Notes: generated from the sequence alone by a model not told the origin. Positions 1-9,655 are shown, counted from the first letter of the stretch. The stretch: DNA of 64,000 nucleotides from Thermoanaerobaculia bacterium (GCA_963666565.1 OY762911.1:1088001-1152000); one strand, 5' to 3'. Numbers and translations are program-made.

Positions 1-1
1 G

Positions 2-904
2 ACGATCGGCGTCCACGGCGCGGCGGCCGCGGCCTGCCGCCTGCTCGGCGCGAGCAACGAGCAGTTCGCGCACGCGCTCGGCCTCGCGGCGTCGCAGGCC
101 AGCGGTCTCAAGGCGAACTTCGGCACGATGACCAAGCCGTTCCACGCCGGTCACGCCGCCGAGCGCGGCCTGCTCTCGGCGCGGCTGGCGATGCGCGGCT
201 TCACGTCGAACCCGGAGGCCGTCGACGGCCGGCAGGGCTACGCCGATGCCGCGGCCGCCGGCCACGAAGCGGTCGACTGGCGGCGGCTCGAAGAGCAGGA
301 CGGCCGCTTCCTGATCGAGGACACGCTGTTCAAGTACCACGCCGCCTGCTACCTGACCCACGCGGCCATCGAGTCCGTTGGGCGGCTGCGGCCGCAGTTG
401 GCGGCTGCCGGGATCACGGCCGGCGATGTCGAGAAGGCCGTCGTCACGGTGCATCCGGGGTTGCTCGATATCTGCGGCATCCCCGAACCGAAGACGGGCC
501 TGGAGGCGAAGTTCAGCCTGGTCGCCACGACGTCCCTGGCGATGCTGGGGATCGACACGACCGACACCGGGACCTTCGTCGACGAGACGCTCGACAACCC
601 GGAAGTTGCGCGGATGATCGACAGGGTCGAAGTGCGGACCGACCGGGGGTTGGGCCACACCCAGGCCCGCGTCGAATTGCGGGCGAACGGCCACAGCCTC
701 AAGGAGTTCCACGACACGGGCATTCCGGCCACCGACCTGGAGGCGCAGGGCGCGAAGCTGGCCGCAAAGATGACCGGCCTGACGGCCCCGCTGCTGGGTA
801 CCGAAGCCAGCGACCGGCTGCGGGATCTGTCGCTGCGGTTGGAGGCGGTGACGGACGTCCGCGCCCTCACCGGCCTCGCCGCCGGTTCGCGCGAAGCCGC
901 TTGA
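2..904 (+). CDS. MmgE/PrpD family protein (5' end outside the window)
   Basis: Frame is open from base 2; motifs GLKANFGTMTKPFHAG, FKYHAACYLTHAAI and GLEAKFS are typical of MmgE/PrpD. Confidence 0.85.
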   Translation, partial: TIGVHGAAAAACRLLGASNEQFAHALGLAASQASGLKANFGTMTKPFHAGHAAERGLLSARLAMRGFTSNPEAVDGRQGYADAAAAGHEAVDWRRLEEQDGRFLIEDTLFKYHAACYLTHAAIESVGRLRPQLAAAGITAGDVEKAVVTVHPGLLDICGIPEPKTGLEAKFSLVATTSLAMLGIDTTDTGTFVDETLDNPEVARMIDRVEVRTDRGLGHTQARVELRANGHSLKEFHDTGIPATDLEAQGAKLAAKMTGLTAPLLGTEASDRLRDLSLRLEAVTDVRALTGLAAGSREAA

Positions 905-925
905 AATCGGCGGCTGGACGGAGCG

Positions 926-1067
926 CTGGGTGCGCGGGTCTTCTGACCCGCTGCCGCCGCAGGCGGCGTCCAGTATCGTCGCCGGCCTCGGGCCGGCGGC
1001 CTCCTTTCTCGGGCTGCGCCGCTCCGCGGCGCCGCCCGTGAGCGGGTCAGAGGACCCGCGCACCCAG
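926..1067. repeat. Full 142-bp REPIN/MITE-like palindromic element, intergenic copy
   Basis: 26-bp terminal inverted repeats CTGGGTGCGCGGGTCTTCTGACCCGC (926-951) and GCGGGTCAGAGGACCCGCGCACCCAG (1042-1067), one mismatch; ~90% identical by manual alignment to 9795-9936. Confidence 0.95.
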
Positions 1068-1433
1068 TGGTCGCTACTCGTCGCCCCCCCGATGTCCGAC
1101 ATGCCCGAGGTCGAAGCTGCTCACCTGGTGGCGAATGACTGCGTGCCGTTCGCCACGCGGCCCTGGGTCGAGGGCCCGACGCCGCTCAGCCTCGGCCAGG
1201 ACCGAAGGGAAGGGGGACCAGCGGGCTGGAGGCAAGTGACTCCCCGCGGCCTCACCCGAACCTCCGCCGTGGCGGAACGCAGCCGACCGAAGCGAGCGCG
1301 GACTGCCCATCCACCAGGAGAGCGCGAGCGGCCGCTGGTCCCCCTTCCCTTCGGTCCGTCAAGCCGAGGCGGCAGCAACCGCCGCCACCCCGCCGCGAAG
1401 CGGCGATCGTCCTGCGGCGTTAGCATCGGCGGC

Positions 1434-1586
1434 ATGAACGTCACGCCGCTCTCCGCCGTCCTCGGCGGCAGCATCGACGACGTCGATCTGGCCACGCTCG
1501 CCGACGACGAGTTCGAGACGGTCTACCGGGTCCGGCTCGACCGCGGCGTCCTGCCGGCCGCGGGCGCGCAAGGGGAGTCGCCCTGA
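1434..1586 (+). pseudogene. N-terminal remnant of a TauD/TfdA-family dioxygenase
   Basis: MNVTPLSAVLGGSIDDVDLATLADDEFETVYRVRLDRGVL resembles the TauD N-terminus (compare the start of 41706-42620) but stops after 50 aa. Confidence 0.6.
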
Positions 1587-2455
1587 GTCAGCTTCTGCAG
1601 GTTCTCGTCAACGGTCTGGCCGTCGGGTGCATCTACGGCCTGATCGCTCTCGGCTTCGTCCTCGTCTACAAGGCGACCGAGATGGTGAACTTCGCCCAGG
1701 GCGATCTGATGATGCTGGGCGCTTTCGTGGCGGTGACCCTGATCGGCGACTTCGGTCTGCCCTGGGTGCTGGGGCTGTTGCTGTCGGTGCTGGCGCTGGC
1801 GGTCTTCGGCTATCTGCTCGACGCCTTCGTGCTGCGCCGCGTCCTGGGCGAACCGCAGTTCGCCATCGTGATGCTGACGATCGGGCTGGGCTTCATCTTC
1901 CGCGCCGTGGCGGGACTGGTGTGGGGCTACGACCCGCAGAGCTTCCCCACTCCGTACACGGGCAAGTCGCTGCGCGTCGGCGAAGTCGTCGTGAGCTACG
2001 AGAACCTCGCGATCCTGCTGGGCACGCTCGTCCTCTGCGTCGTGCTCTTCCTGTTCTTCCGCCACACGCGGCTCGGCATCGGCATGCAGGCCACGTCGCA
2101 GAACCAGCTCGCGGCCTACTACGTCGGCATCCCGGTCAAGCGCGTCTTCTCCCTGGTGTGGGCGATCTCAGCCGGAGTCGCCGCCGTGGCCGGGATCCTC
2201 CTGGCGCCCGTCTCGCTCGTCCAGCCCGGGATGGGATTCATCGGGATCAAGGCCTTCGCGGCCGCGGTGATCGGCGGCTTCGGCTCGATCCCCGGCGCGC
2301 TGCTCGGCGGCTGGATCATCGGCATCGCCGAGCAGTTCGCGGGGGTCTACCTGCCCGCCGGCTTCCAGGAGATGGCCGCCTACGGCATTCTCATCGTGGC
2401 CCTGATCCTGCGGCCCCAGGGCCTGTTCGCGCAGATTCAGCGAAAGAAGGTCTGA
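1583..2455 (+). CDS. livH: Branched-chain amino acid-type ABC permease (LivH-like), probable CTG start
   Basis: Family-typical N-terminus SQLLQVLVNGLAVGCIYGLIALGFVLVYKATEMVNFAQG is in frame upstream of ATG 1682; CTG 1583 follows the SD AAGGGGAG. Confidence 0.88.
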   Translation: MSQLLQVLVNGLAVGCIYGLIALGFVLVYKATEMVNFAQGDLMMLGAFVAVTLIGDFGLPWVLGLLLSVLALAVFGYLLDAFVLRRVLGEPQFAIVMLTIGLGFIFRAVAGLVWGYDPQSFPTPYTGKSLRVGEVVVSYENLAILLGTLVLCVVLFLFFRHTRLGIGMQATSQNQLAAYYVGIPVKRVFSLVWAISAGVAAVAGILLAPVSLVQPGMGFIGIKAFAAAVIGGFGSIPGALLGGWIIGIAEQFAGVYLPAGFQEMAAYGILIVALILRPQGLFAQIQRKKV

Positions 2456-2472
2456 CGGCCGGCGAGCATCGC

Positions 2473-3549
2473 ATGCGGTTCCTCTTCAAGACCCACTACA
2501 ACCAGGACATCGACCACCTGAAGCACGGTGGCGACCGGTTCTGGTACGGCCTGCTCCTGGTGCTGGTCGCCGCGGCGCCGGCGGCGCTCGGCACCTTCTA
2601 TCTGGGCGAGCTCAACCTGGTGATGATCTACGCCATCGCCGGCGTCGGTCTGATGCTGCTCGTGGGCTACACCGGCCAGGTGAGCCTGGGCCACGCGGCG
2701 TTTCTGGCGATTGGCGCGTATACCCACTCGCTCCTTCTGGGCGCCGGTCTGCCGTTCCTCCTCTCGATCGTCGCGGCGGTCCTGGTCTCGGCGCTCGTCG
2801 GCGCCGGCGTGGGGTGGATCGCGCTCCGGATGACGGGCATCTATCTCGCCATCGCCACCTTGGCCTTCGCCATGCTCACCGAGCAGACGATCTCGCGCGC
2901 CGAGTGGCTGACCGGGGGCTTTCGCGGCCTCGCCGTTCCGCAGGCGAGCCTCCTCGGGATGCCGCTCACGCAGGTCTGGCAGCACTACTACGTGACGCTC
3001 ACGCTCCTCGTCGTGACCCTCCTCGCGGCGCTCAACATCCTGCGGTCCTCGACGGGAAGGGCCATGGTCGCCATCCGCGACTCGGAGATCTCGGCGGAGA
3101 GCGTCGGCATCAACCTGGCCGTCTACAAGACCCTCGCTTTCGCTCTCAGCGCCGGCATCACCGGCCTCGCCGGCGCTCTCTTCGCGCATCGCCTCGGCTA
3201 CCTCTCGCCCGACGCCTTCACGTTCCTCATCTCGCTGCAACTCCTCCTGATGGTGGTGGTCGGCGGGGTCGGCTCGATGCGGGGCGTCATCTACGGCGCG
3301 CTCTTCATCGGCTTCCTGCCTCAGCTCCTCGCGATCGCCCGCGACACGCTGCCGCCGCAGATCGCTCAGGCGCCCGGCCTCGAGCCGGGCATCTTCGGCC
3401 TCATCCTCGTGCTGGTGATCCTTTTCGAGCCCCAGGGCATCTTCGGCCGCTGGCTCAAGATCAAGAGCTACTTCCAGACGTTCCCTCTCTATCGCCGGGC
3501 GACGCACCGGCGCCAGAAGACCTACCTGCGCACGGAGCGACTGAGGTGA
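2473..3549 (+). CDS. livM: Branched-chain amino acid-type ABC permease (LivM-like)
   Basis: GYTGQVSLGHAAF, YLAIATLAF and GRAMVAIRDSE motifs; hydrophobic; start MRFLFKT. Confidence 0.9.
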   Translation: MRFLFKTHYNQDIDHLKHGGDRFWYGLLLVLVAAAPAALGTFYLGELNLVMIYAIAGVGLMLLVGYTGQVSLGHAAFLAIGAYTHSLLLGAGLPFLLSIVAAVLVSALVGAGVGWIALRMTGIYLAIATLAFAMLTEQTISRAEWLTGGFRGLAVPQASLLGMPLTQVWQHYYVTLTLLVVTLLAALNILRSSTGRAMVAIRDSEISAESVGINLAVYKTLAFALSAGITGLAGALFAHRLGYLSPDAFTFLISLQLLLMVVVGGVGSMRGVIYGALFIGFLPQLLAIARDTLPPQIAQAPGLEPGIFGLILVLVILFEPQGIFGRWLKIKSYFQTFPLYRRATHRRQKTYLRTERLR

Positions 3550-4307
3550 GCTATCTCCGCGTCGAGGACCTGTCGATCAGCTTCGGGGGCATCCGCGCCG
3601 TCGACGACGTGAGCTTCGACGTCGAGGAGGGCGAGGTGTTCGCCATCATCGGACCGAACGGCGCCGGCAAGACGACGCTCTTCAACCTGGTGAGCGGCAT
3701 CTACTCCGCCGACGGCGGGAGCGTTCGGTTCGCGGGCCGCGACATCACCTCGCTGCCGGCGCATCGCATCGCGCCGCTCGGCCTCGCCCGCACCTTCCAG
3801 AACATCGAGCTCTTCGAGCACGCCACCGTTCTGCAGAACCTCCTCATCGGCCGTCATGTCCACCGGCGCTCGACGGCGCTGTCCCATCTCCTGTTCCTCC
3901 CCGCGGTGAGGCGGGAGGAGCTCGAGCACCGGCGCCGCGTGGAAGACGTCATCGACCTCCTCGAGCTCGCCCACTACCGCGAGCAGAGGATCGCGAACCT
4001 GCCCTACGGGGTGCGCAAGGTCGTGGAGGTGGGCCGCGCGCTCTGCCTGGAGCCGAAGCTGCTGCTCCTCGACGAACCGACCTCCGGGCTGAACCCCGAG
4101 GAGAGCGAGGACATGGGATTCTGGATCGAGGACATCAACCGCGACCTCGGCGTCACGGTCGTCATGGTGGCGCACGACATGGGTCTCGTCAGCCGGGTGG
4201 CGGGGAGGGTGCTCGCCCTCAACGAAGGTCGCACGATCGCGGAGGGCAGCCCCGCGGAGGTGCAGAAGAACCCCGCCGTCGTCGACGCCTACCTGGGAGC
4301 GGACTGA
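3546..4307 (+). CDS. livG: ABC transporter ATP-binding protein (LivG-like)
   Basis: Walker A GPNGAGKT, LARTFQN, LLLLDEP; GTGA overlap with the livM stop. Confidence 0.9.
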   Translation: MSYLRVEDLSISFGGIRAVDDVSFDVEEGEVFAIIGPNGAGKTTLFNLVSGIYSADGGSVRFAGRDITSLPAHRIAPLGLARTFQNIELFEHATVLQNLLIGRHVHRRSTALSHLLFLPAVRREELEHRRRVEDVIDLLELAHYREQRIANLPYGVRKVVEVGRALCLEPKLLLLDEPTSGLNPEESEDMGFWIEDINRDLGVTVVMVAHDMGLVSRVAGRVLALNEGRTIAEGSPAEVQKNPAVVDAYLGAD

Positions 4308-4314
4308 GACCGGC

Positions 4315-5118
4315 ATGGTGGAGCCGCAGACTCAAAAGGAGCCCGCCGCGGAGGCGCTGCTCGAGCTCAAGAACGTCGAGACCTACTACGGTCCGATCAT
4401 GGCGATCCGCGGCGTCAGCCTGGCGGTGCCCGAAGGCCGGATCGTCGCCGTTCTGGGCGCCAACGGCGCGGGCAAGACGACCATCCTCCGCACGATCTCC
4501 GGCGTGATGGATCCCCAGAAGGGCGAGATCCTCTTCGCTGGCGAGGACATAGCGCGCCGCGATCCGGACGCCGTCATGCGTCTCGGCCTGAGCCACGTGC
4601 CGGAGGGCCGGGAGGTCTTTCCCTTCCTCTCGGTGAGCGAGAACCTGCGAATGGGCGCCTACAGCCGCCGCGACCGCGCCCGCATCGCCGACGATCTCGA
4701 GCGCGTCTACGACTACTTCCCGGCGCTCGCCGATCGGGGCTCGCAACAGGCGAGCCAGCTCTCCGGCGGCGAGCAGCAGATGCTCGCCATCGGACGTGCT
4801 CTGATGGCGCATCCGAGGATGCTGCTGCTCGACGAGCCGTCGCTCGGGCTGTCTCCGATCCTGGTCCACCAGATCTTCGAGATCATCAACCGCATCAACG
4901 AGGAGCAGGGCATGACGATCCTCGTCGTCGAGCAGAACGCCCACGTCGCGCTGCGACACTCGCACTACGGCTACGTGCTCGAGAACGGAAGGGTGGTCAT
5001 GGACGACACGTGCGAGAAGCTCGAGAGTTCGCCGGACATCCAGGAGTTCTATCTCGGCATGAAGGACCAGATGCCGAGAGGGGTCCGCCGGTGGAAGAAG
5101 CGCAAGACCTGGAGGTGA
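4315..5118 (+). CDS. livF: ABC transporter ATP-binding protein (LivF-like)
   Basis: GANGAGKT, LSGGEQQMLAIGRALM, LLLDEPSLGL. Confidence 0.92.
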   Translation: MVEPQTQKEPAAEALLELKNVETYYGPIMAIRGVSLAVPEGRIVAVLGANGAGKTTILRTISGVMDPQKGEILFAGEDIARRDPDAVMRLGLSHVPEGREVFPFLSVSENLRMGAYSRRDRARIADDLERVYDYFPALADRGSQQASQLSGGEQQMLAIGRALMAHPRMLLLDEPSLGLSPILVHQIFEIINRINEEQGMTILVVEQNAHVALRHSHYGYVLENGRVVMDDTCEKLESSPDIQEFYLGMKDQMPRGVRRWKKRKTWR

Positions 5119-5120
5119 GC

Positions 5121-7016
5121 ATGGGCGGCCTCGAATCGAACCCCGATCTCGTGCGTGAGACGCGCACGGCCGACGACGGCCGCGAGCTCGTGTTCTGGCG
5201 GGACACCAGCTTCGCCGGCACGGTACCGACGATGTTCTGGAGCCGCGTCGAGAAGTACGGCGACCGCACAGCACTGCGGGAGAAGGACTTCGGCATCTGG
5301 CAGGACGTCTCCTGGCGCGCGTTCGGCGAGAAGGCGCGCCACACGGGGCTGGCGCTGCGGTCGCTCGGCTTCGGCAAGGGCGACGTCGCCTGCATCCTCT
5401 CCAACACGATCACTGAGTGGATGTTCGCCGACATGGGGGTGCTCGGCGCCGGCGGCGTGTGCGCGGGGATCTACCCGACGGATGCGGCCGAGCAAGTCGA
5501 CTACCTGGTCAACGACTCGGGCTGCAAGGTGATGTTCGTCGAAGACGAGGAGCAGCTCGACAAGGTGCTCGAGGTGCGCGAACAGTGCCCGACGCTCGAG
5601 CAGATCGTGATCTTCGACATGGAGGGCCTGCGGGACTTCGAAGATCCGCGGGCCATGAGCTACGACGACCTGCTCGCGCTCGGACGCGAACAGGACGAAC
5701 TCCACCCCGAGGCCTGGGCCGAGTGCCTGGAGCTGGCGAAGCCCGAGGACCTCGCGATCCTCGTCTACACATCCGGCACCACCGGGCCTCCGAAGGGGGC
5801 GATGATCAGCCACCACAACCTCGTGTTCCAGTGCGTCAACGCCCCGCACGTCCTCTCGCAGAACGAGGACGACGAGCGCATGGCGTTTCTGCCGCTGTGC
5901 CACATCGCCGAGCGGCTCTTCGTCTACGGCTCCCTCTACACCGGCACGAAGCTCAACTTCGTCGAGAATCCGGAAACGGTGCCCGAGAACGCTCAGGAGA
6001 TCCAGCCGACGCTGTTCTTTTCGGTGCCGCGCGTGTGGGAGAAGTTCTACTCGGCCATCAGCATCGCCCTCTCCGACGCCACCTCCTTGCAGAAATGGGC
6101 GTACGGGAAGGCGATCGGGATCGGGTTCAAGCGAGCGGACAAACGCCTTGAGGGCGAGAAGCCGGGGGCGGTCCTGGAGCTCGCCTACCGGGTCGGCGAT
6201 GCGCTCGTGCTGCGCAACATTCGCAGGTTCCTGGGCCTCGACCGCTGTCGTTGGATCGGCACCGGGGCCGCGCCGATCTCACCCGATCTGATCCGGTGGT
6301 ATCTCGCACTCGGCATCGACATGGTGGAGGGCTACGGCCAGACCGAGAACACCGGCATCGCCTCCATTCTGGAGCCGGGCGAAATCAGGCCCGGCACCGT
6401 CGGCCGTTCCGTTCCCTACGGCGAAATCAGGATCTCCGATGAGGGCGAGATCCTGATCCGCGGAGAGTTCGTCTTCATGGGTTACCTCAACCAGCCGGAG
6501 AAGACGGCCGAGACGATTCGCGACGGGTGGCTCCACACCGGCGACGTCGGCGAGATCGACGACGACGGCTTCCTCAAGATCACCGACCGGATGAAGGACA
6601 TCATCATCACGGCCGGGGGCAAGAACATCACTCCGAGCGAGATCGAGAACCAGCTCAAGTTCTCGCCCTACATTGCCGACGCGGTGGTGATTGGCGACAA
6701 GCGCAAGTTCCTGACGTGTCTCGTGATGATCGACCACGACAACGTCGTCAAGTACGCTCAGGATCATCACGTGCCCTTCACCAACTACCAGAGCCTGTGT
6801 GCCGCGGAGGAGATCGTCGAGCTGATCCACGGTCAGGTGGAGGCCGTCAACGCGAAGTTCGCGCGCGTCGAGCAGGTGAAGAAGTTCCGCCTCATCGACC
6901 AGGAGCTGACCCCCGAGGACGACGAGCTCACGCCGACGATGAAGCTCAAGCGCAAGTTCGTGAACGAGAAGTACCGACCGCTGATCGATTCGATGTACGG
7001 AGGACAGCAGGCATGA
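5121..7016 (+). CDS. Long-chain fatty acid-CoA ligase (AMP-binding)
   Basis: YTSGTTGPPKG, EGYGQTE, GWLHTGD, DRMKDIIITAGGKNI; SD GGAGG upstream of ATG 5121. Confidence 0.9.
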   Translation: MGGLESNPDLVRETRTADDGRELVFWRDTSFAGTVPTMFWSRVEKYGDRTALREKDFGIWQDVSWRAFGEKARHTGLALRSLGFGKGDVACILSNTITEWMFADMGVLGAGGVCAGIYPTDAAEQVDYLVNDSGCKVMFVEDEEQLDKVLEVREQCPTLEQIVIFDMEGLRDFEDPRAMSYDDLLALGREQDELHPEAWAECLELAKPEDLAILVYTSGTTGPPKGAMISHHNLVFQCVNAPHVLSQNEDDERMAFLPLCHIAERLFVYGSLYTGTKLNFVENPETVPENAQEIQPTLFFSVPRVWEKFYSAISIALSDATSLQKWAYGKAIGIGFKRADKRLEGEKPGAVLELAYRVGDALVLRNIRRFLGLDRCRWIGTGAAPISPDLIRWYLALGIDMVEGYGQTENTGIASILEPGEIRPGTVGRSVPYGEIRISDEGEILIRGEFVFMGYLNQPEKTAETIRDGWLHTGDVGEIDDDGFLKITDRMKDIIITAGGKNITPSEIENQLKFSPYIADAVVIGDKRKFLTCLVMIDHDNVVKYAQDHHVPFTNYQSLCAAEEIVELIHGQVEAVNAKFARVEQVKKFRLIDQELTPEDDELTPTMKLKRKFVNEKYRPLIDSMYGGQQA

Positions 7017-8332
7017 CCCATAGACACCGCTACCTCACCGTCGCTTGCATGGAACCGGCCGCCCATCGGAGCCGCTTCGCGGCGCGAACTCCTGGCCGCC
7101 TTCGGCGGCAGCGGGTCGGAAGACCCGCGCACCGACAGGACGGCCAGTTCCCTGCGCGCCACCGCAGCCTGACGGCTGCGTCGGCTTTCATGTTGCTCGG
7201 CGCCGTCCTGGCGGGATGCGGGAGCTCCGATCCCGAGACCTCGGACGCGGCCGAGCCGATCGTGCTCGGCACCTACACCGACCTGTCCGGTCCGGCCGCG
7301 GCCATCGGCGTCGGCAGCACGAACGCGTCGCGAATGGTCTTCGACCGCGTGAACGAGGAAGGCGGCATCCACGGCCGCCAGGTCCGCTTCGTCGTCGAGG
7401 ACAATCAGTACCAGGTGCCTCGCGCGGTCCAGGCGGCCAACAAGCTGATCCACCGCGACCGGATCTTCGCCATGGTGGGCGCCCTCGGGACGCCGATGAA
7501 CAACGCCGTCATGACCAGCCAGTTCGAGGCGGGCGTTCCCAACATCTTCCCGCTCTCGGGCGCGCGTTCGATGGCGGAACCGCTGCATCGGCTGAAGTTC
7601 GCCGGCGTCTCCACCTACTACGACCAGATGCGCGCCGCCATCAGGTACTTCGTCGAGGAGAAGGGCAAGGAGCGCGTCTGCACCATGACCCAGGACACCG
7701 ACTACGGAACGGAGATGACCGACGCGGCGGACGATCAGCTCGGCGAGATGGGCCTGGAGGTCATCGATTCGACCGCCCACAAACCTCTCGACACCGACTT
7801 CAGCGCGGCGATCCTCAAGCTCCGGCAGGCCGACTGCGACCTGATCGTGCTCGGAACGATCATCGGCGACACGATCCTGGCGATCTCGGCGGCACGGGCG
7901 ATCGACTGGGACGTCGAATTCGTCGGCCCGATCGCGGCGTTCGAGTCCGAGGTCGCGGAGGCGGAGGGCGGCGTGACCAACGGCTTCTACGCGATGACGT
8001 CGTTCGAGTTTCCCTACCCCGATCATCCCCGCCAGGAGGTCCGCGACTTTGTCGCCGATTACCGGGAACGCTACGGCCCGCCGCCCAACACCGGCTCGCT
8101 CCTGGGCTGGTTGGTCGCCGACTTCACTGTCCGTGCTTTGCGCGACGCCGGACCGGACCTCACGGTGGATTCACTGGTCGCCGCGATCGAGTCGATAGAC
8201 GACTACCAGGACATCTTCGGCGGCCCGGTCCTGAGCTTCGGGCCGGAGAAGCGGATCGGCACGGACGAGGCTTTCCTCGCCGAGGTACAGGACGGACGCT
8301 GGGTACGCGTCACCGAGAACCTGTCCTACTGA
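7013..8332 (+). CDS. ABC substrate-binding lipoprotein (LivJ/K fold) with a repeat-derived N-terminal insert
   Basis: ATGA overlap with the ligase stop plus SD GGAGGA; lipobox LAGC; DLSGPAA and GGIHGR motifs. ATG 7190 is an alternative start. Confidence 0.85.
   Translation: MTHRHRYLTVACMEPAAHRSRFAARTPGRLRRQRVGRPAHRQDGQFPARHRSLTAASAFMLLGAVLAGCGSSDPETSDAAEPIVLGTYTDLSGPAAAIGVGSTNASRMVFDRVNEEGGIHGRQVRFVVEDNQYQVPRAVQAANKLIHRDRIFAMVGALGTPMNNAVMTSQFEAGVPNIFPLSGARSMAEPLHRLKFAGVSTYYDQMRAAIRYFVEEKGKERVCTMTQDTDYGTEMTDAADDQLGEMGLEVIDSTAHKPLDTDFSAAILKLRQADCDLIVLGTIIGDTILAISAARAIDWDVEFVGPIAAFESEVAEAEGGVTNGFYAMTSFEFPYPDHPRQEVRDFVADYRERYGPPPNTGSLLGWLVADFTVRALRDAGPDLTVDSLVAAIESIDDYQDIFGGPVLSFGPEKRIGTDEAFLAEVQDGRWVRVTENLSY
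7091..7180. repeat. 90-bp subtype of the palindromic element, inside the binding-protein N-terminus
   Basis: 80/90 ungapped identity to 45361-45450; contains the core GCGGGTCGGAAGACCCGCGCACC. Confidence 0.9.
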
Positions 8333-8356
8333 CGCGGGCCGGAGACCCCTGCTCGC

Positions 8357-9655
8357 CTACTCGCCGCCGGCGGTAGTCTCAGTCGCTCGACTGCGTCCCT
8401 GCCGCCTGGCCGGCGGCTCCCCGTCGCTGTAGACGCAGGAGATGAAGCCCATCAGCATCTCGTCGGTCGACTGCGGGCCGAACACGACGTCGCGGTCCGG
8501 GTTGAAGCCCCAGCGTTCCGCCTCCTCGGGCGAGTTGTCGAACCACATGTCGATCCGCAGGCGGCTGCCCTTCGGCAGCACCTTGGGTTCGGAGTACCAA
8601 TAGATCTCCTGCCAGTCGAAGTCCCAGTCGGGCACGTGGAGGATCTGCTCCTCGCTGCCGTCCGGGTAGAAGACCGTGTACTTCGCTTCCCGGCCGCGCA
8701 TGTGCATGTGCGGGAGCATGCCGAGGATCGTCACCTCCCGGTCGAAGGTGCGCTCGGCGGTGTCGTGCCAGTAGGCGTGGCGGGCCGGAATCTCGAACTC
8801 GAAGTTGCTGATCGGGAAGAAGTGGACCGGGTGCTCGACCGGCTTGGTCGCGAACTTGAGCGCGATCGATGACTGGTCCCAGCCGCCGCTGCCGGGGCCC
8901 GGCTCCTTGTGGTAGTGCAGGTCGAAGGTGAGCGTGTCGCCGACCTGGAGCAGCGAGCCGTAGCCCTCCGGCCAGACGTGGGGCGGCGAGCCGGAGGTGG
9001 CGCCGCCGAGGAAGTGGCCGTCGCCGCGCGTCTCCTCGTCGTCCGGGCTCTTGACGAAGATGTTGAAGTGGTGGACGAGCTCGCTGCCGCGGCGGAACTC
9101 GATCTCCTGCACCCACTTGTCCTCGGGCAGGATGTCCGGCGTCAGCACCAGGCGGTGCTTGGTGTAGATGTCCTTGACGTCGTCCTCGACGTAGTAGGGC
9201 TCGGGCATCTTGAGGACGAGGTCGGGATCGGTGAACACCCAGCCGTCGTCGTCCGGCCACTCGACGGGCGCGGGACCGTTCTCCGGCAGGCCGGGCCGGG
9301 CGCCCGCCTCGACCCAGCGCTGGATCGTCGCGATTTCCCCGTCGGTCAGGCCGCGCTCGTTCCTGAACACGCCGTCGAAGTGCTCGGAGGCGTCCCACGG
9401 CGGCATCTCCTTCGACGCCGTCATGCGGACGATCGAGCGCGCCCAGGGTCGGGCTTCCTCGTAGGTCGTGAGCGACATCGGCACGCCGCCCCGGTAGATC
9501 TTGCTGCCCGAGGGCCGGTGGCACTCCTGGCAGTTCTGCTGCAGGATGGGCAGGACATCCTCGTAGAATGTCGGCCCTTCCGCCTCGGCGGCGCCGTGGG
9601 CCGCCGCGGCCAAGACCAGGCAGAGCGCAAAACCAACCAGGCGTCGACTCGTCAT
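8357..9655 (-). CDS. Exported c-type cytochrome with a copper type II monooxygenase-like C-terminal region
   Basis: Signal peptide; CQECH heme motif; MPPW, HH, PHMHMRG, WDFDWQ and DEM motifs. Confidence 0.7.
   Translation of the reverse strand: MTSRRLVGFALCLVLAAAAHGAAEAEGPTFYEDVLPILQQNCQECHRPSGSKIYRGGVPMSLTTYEEARPWARSIVRMTASKEMPPWDASEHFDGVFRNERGLTDGEIATIQRWVEAGARPGLPENGPAPVEWPDDDGWVFTDPDLVLKMPEPYYVEDDVKDIYTKHRLVLTPDILPEDKWVQEIEFRRGSELVHHFNIFVKSPDDEETRGDGHFLGGATSGSPPHVWPEGYGSLLQVGDTLTFDLHYHKEPGPGSGGWDQSSIALKFATKPVEHPVHFFPISNFEFEIPARHAYWHDTAERTFDREVTILGMLPHMHMRGREAKYTVFYPDGSEEQILHVPDWDFDWQEIYWYSEPKVLPKGSRLRIDMWFDNSPEEAERWGFNPDRDVVFGPQSTDEMLMGFISCVYSDGEPPARRQGRSRATETTAGGE

Noticed and set aside
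930-1433. 218-aa ORF starting within the repeat
   Set aside because: The N-terminus is translated repeat and the middle has no recognisable features; only 1434-1586 looks gene-derived.
8333-8356. Very degenerate repeat-like traces here, at 22476-22490 and at ~40484-40495
   Set aside because: Matches are too short to distinguish from chance in GC-rich DNA; not counted as copies.
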